Shown here one piece after another: positions 24,756 through 25,144 of a stretch of 25,144 nucleotides of DNA. The notes beneath the pieces are model-generated. The model did not search any database. It saw only the letters and a program-made list of their open reading frames with translations, and was not told the origin of the DNA. Positions within the stretch are counted from its first letter, which is position 1. Each line of letters begins with the position of its first letter. Origin of the DNA: a virus; the IMG/VR virus record IMGVR_UViG_3300049436_000050, positions 1-25,144 of that record, one strand, 5' to 3'. The translations under genes and the position numbers were made by a program.

Positions 24756-25144
24756 TTAAACCTGTCTATTTAATGTAGTTTGAAACGCTTGTACTAGTGA
24801 ATATAAGTTAGACACATCTGTATCAGTTAATCCATTTCCTATAGTTGCAAATGCGCATTGTTTCGAATCAAAATATTGCCCTCCATTTCTTGAAAAAAGA
24901 AATATATTACCACTATCATACGAACTACTAAAATCTGTAGTGTTAGTAGATCCTTGTTGGGTTGCATTTTTAAAGCCCTTAAAAACAATATTAGATGTTC
25001 TTGTAGCCGTGAATAAACCTCTTGTATCGGTTTGAGAAGCACCTATTGCATTAGCTAAACCACCTAAAATAAATGTATATAGACTACTTTTTAGGTTCAT
25101 TTGGATGAACTTATTATTGACAAAATAACCAATACTTAAAATAT
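24756..25144 (-). CDS. C-terminal part of the junction-spanning ConA/LamG-like protein
   Basis: The frame stays open upstream of the tracked Met (25100) to the window edge (..ILSIGYFVNNKFIQ-MNLK..). 25031..25144 duplicates 1..114, so the Met at 25100 is internal. Confidence 0.6.
   Translation of the reverse strand, partial: ILSIGYFVNNKFIQMNLKSSLYTFILGGLANAIGASQTDTRGLFTATRTSNIVFKGFKNATQQGSTNTTDFSSSYDSGNIFLFSRNGGQYFDSKQCAFATIGNGLTDTDVSNLYSLVQAFQTTLNRQV
25031..25144. repeat. Terminal overlap, copy B (identical to 1..114)
   Basis: Base-by-base identity with 1..114. Confidence 0.95.

Larger units (their letters stand above)
1..25030. mobile_element. One unit length of a temperate tailed-phage (siphovirus-like) genome, circular or circularly permuted
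   Basis: Contains terminase, portal, protease, capsid, tape measure, tail proteins, primase and a serine integrase. The 114-nt terminal overlap closes the sequence into a 25,030-bp circle. Confidence 0.8.

Noticed and set aside
24839-25042. Minus-strand 67-aa ORF in an alternative frame of the LamG-like gene
   Set aside because: It is nested out of frame within the longer conserved-looking ORF.

Overview
The window is one complete unit of a small, very AT-rich (about 70% A+T by eye, not computed) temperate tailed-phage genome. Bases 1-114 are identical to 25031-25144, so the unique length is 25,030 bp. One minus-strand gene is intact only when the ends are joined, which indicates a circular or circularly permuted molecule rather than physical terminal repeats. 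About 19 kb is a single minus-strand block. Read in the direction of transcription it holds: a PD-(D/E)XK-like nuclease, small ORFs, a two-piece ECF-like sigma factor, a DUF1360-like membrane protein, TerS, TerL, tail and baseplate proteins, a tape measure protein, an XkdF-like prohead protease, a scaffold-like protein, the major capsid protein, a tail-tube-like protein, the portal, an adaptor-like protein, a repeat-containing fibre, a ConA/LamG-like protein and an XhlA-like membrane protein. A short plus-strand arm encodes a BT4734/AEP-type primase with a PriCT domain and two unknown ORFs. It converges on a large serine recombinase (integrase). Starts lack Shine-Dalgarno motifs and several TTG-N19-20-TAnnTTTG-type promoter boxes are present, which suggests a Bacteroidota (Flavobacteriia-like) host. 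I saw no tRNA, rRNA, CRISPR array or transposase. The most interesting items are: (1) the sigma factor is split exactly at an (AT)4 tract; (2) a 25-nt direct repeat inside the primase gene is translated in two different frames, which looks like iterons or an origin; (3) an orphan promoter plus intrinsic terminator in the 424-bp divergent control region suggests a small RNA; (4) a 51-bp dyad-symmetric element sits between two convergent mini-ORFs encoding hydrophobic peptides and could be attP or a bidirectional stop; (5) an HNH nuclease carries a C-terminal membrane anchor; (6) the morphogenesis gene order is non-canonical; (7) no endolysin or repressor is recognisable. All family assignments come from motif recognition by eye. 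No searches were run.
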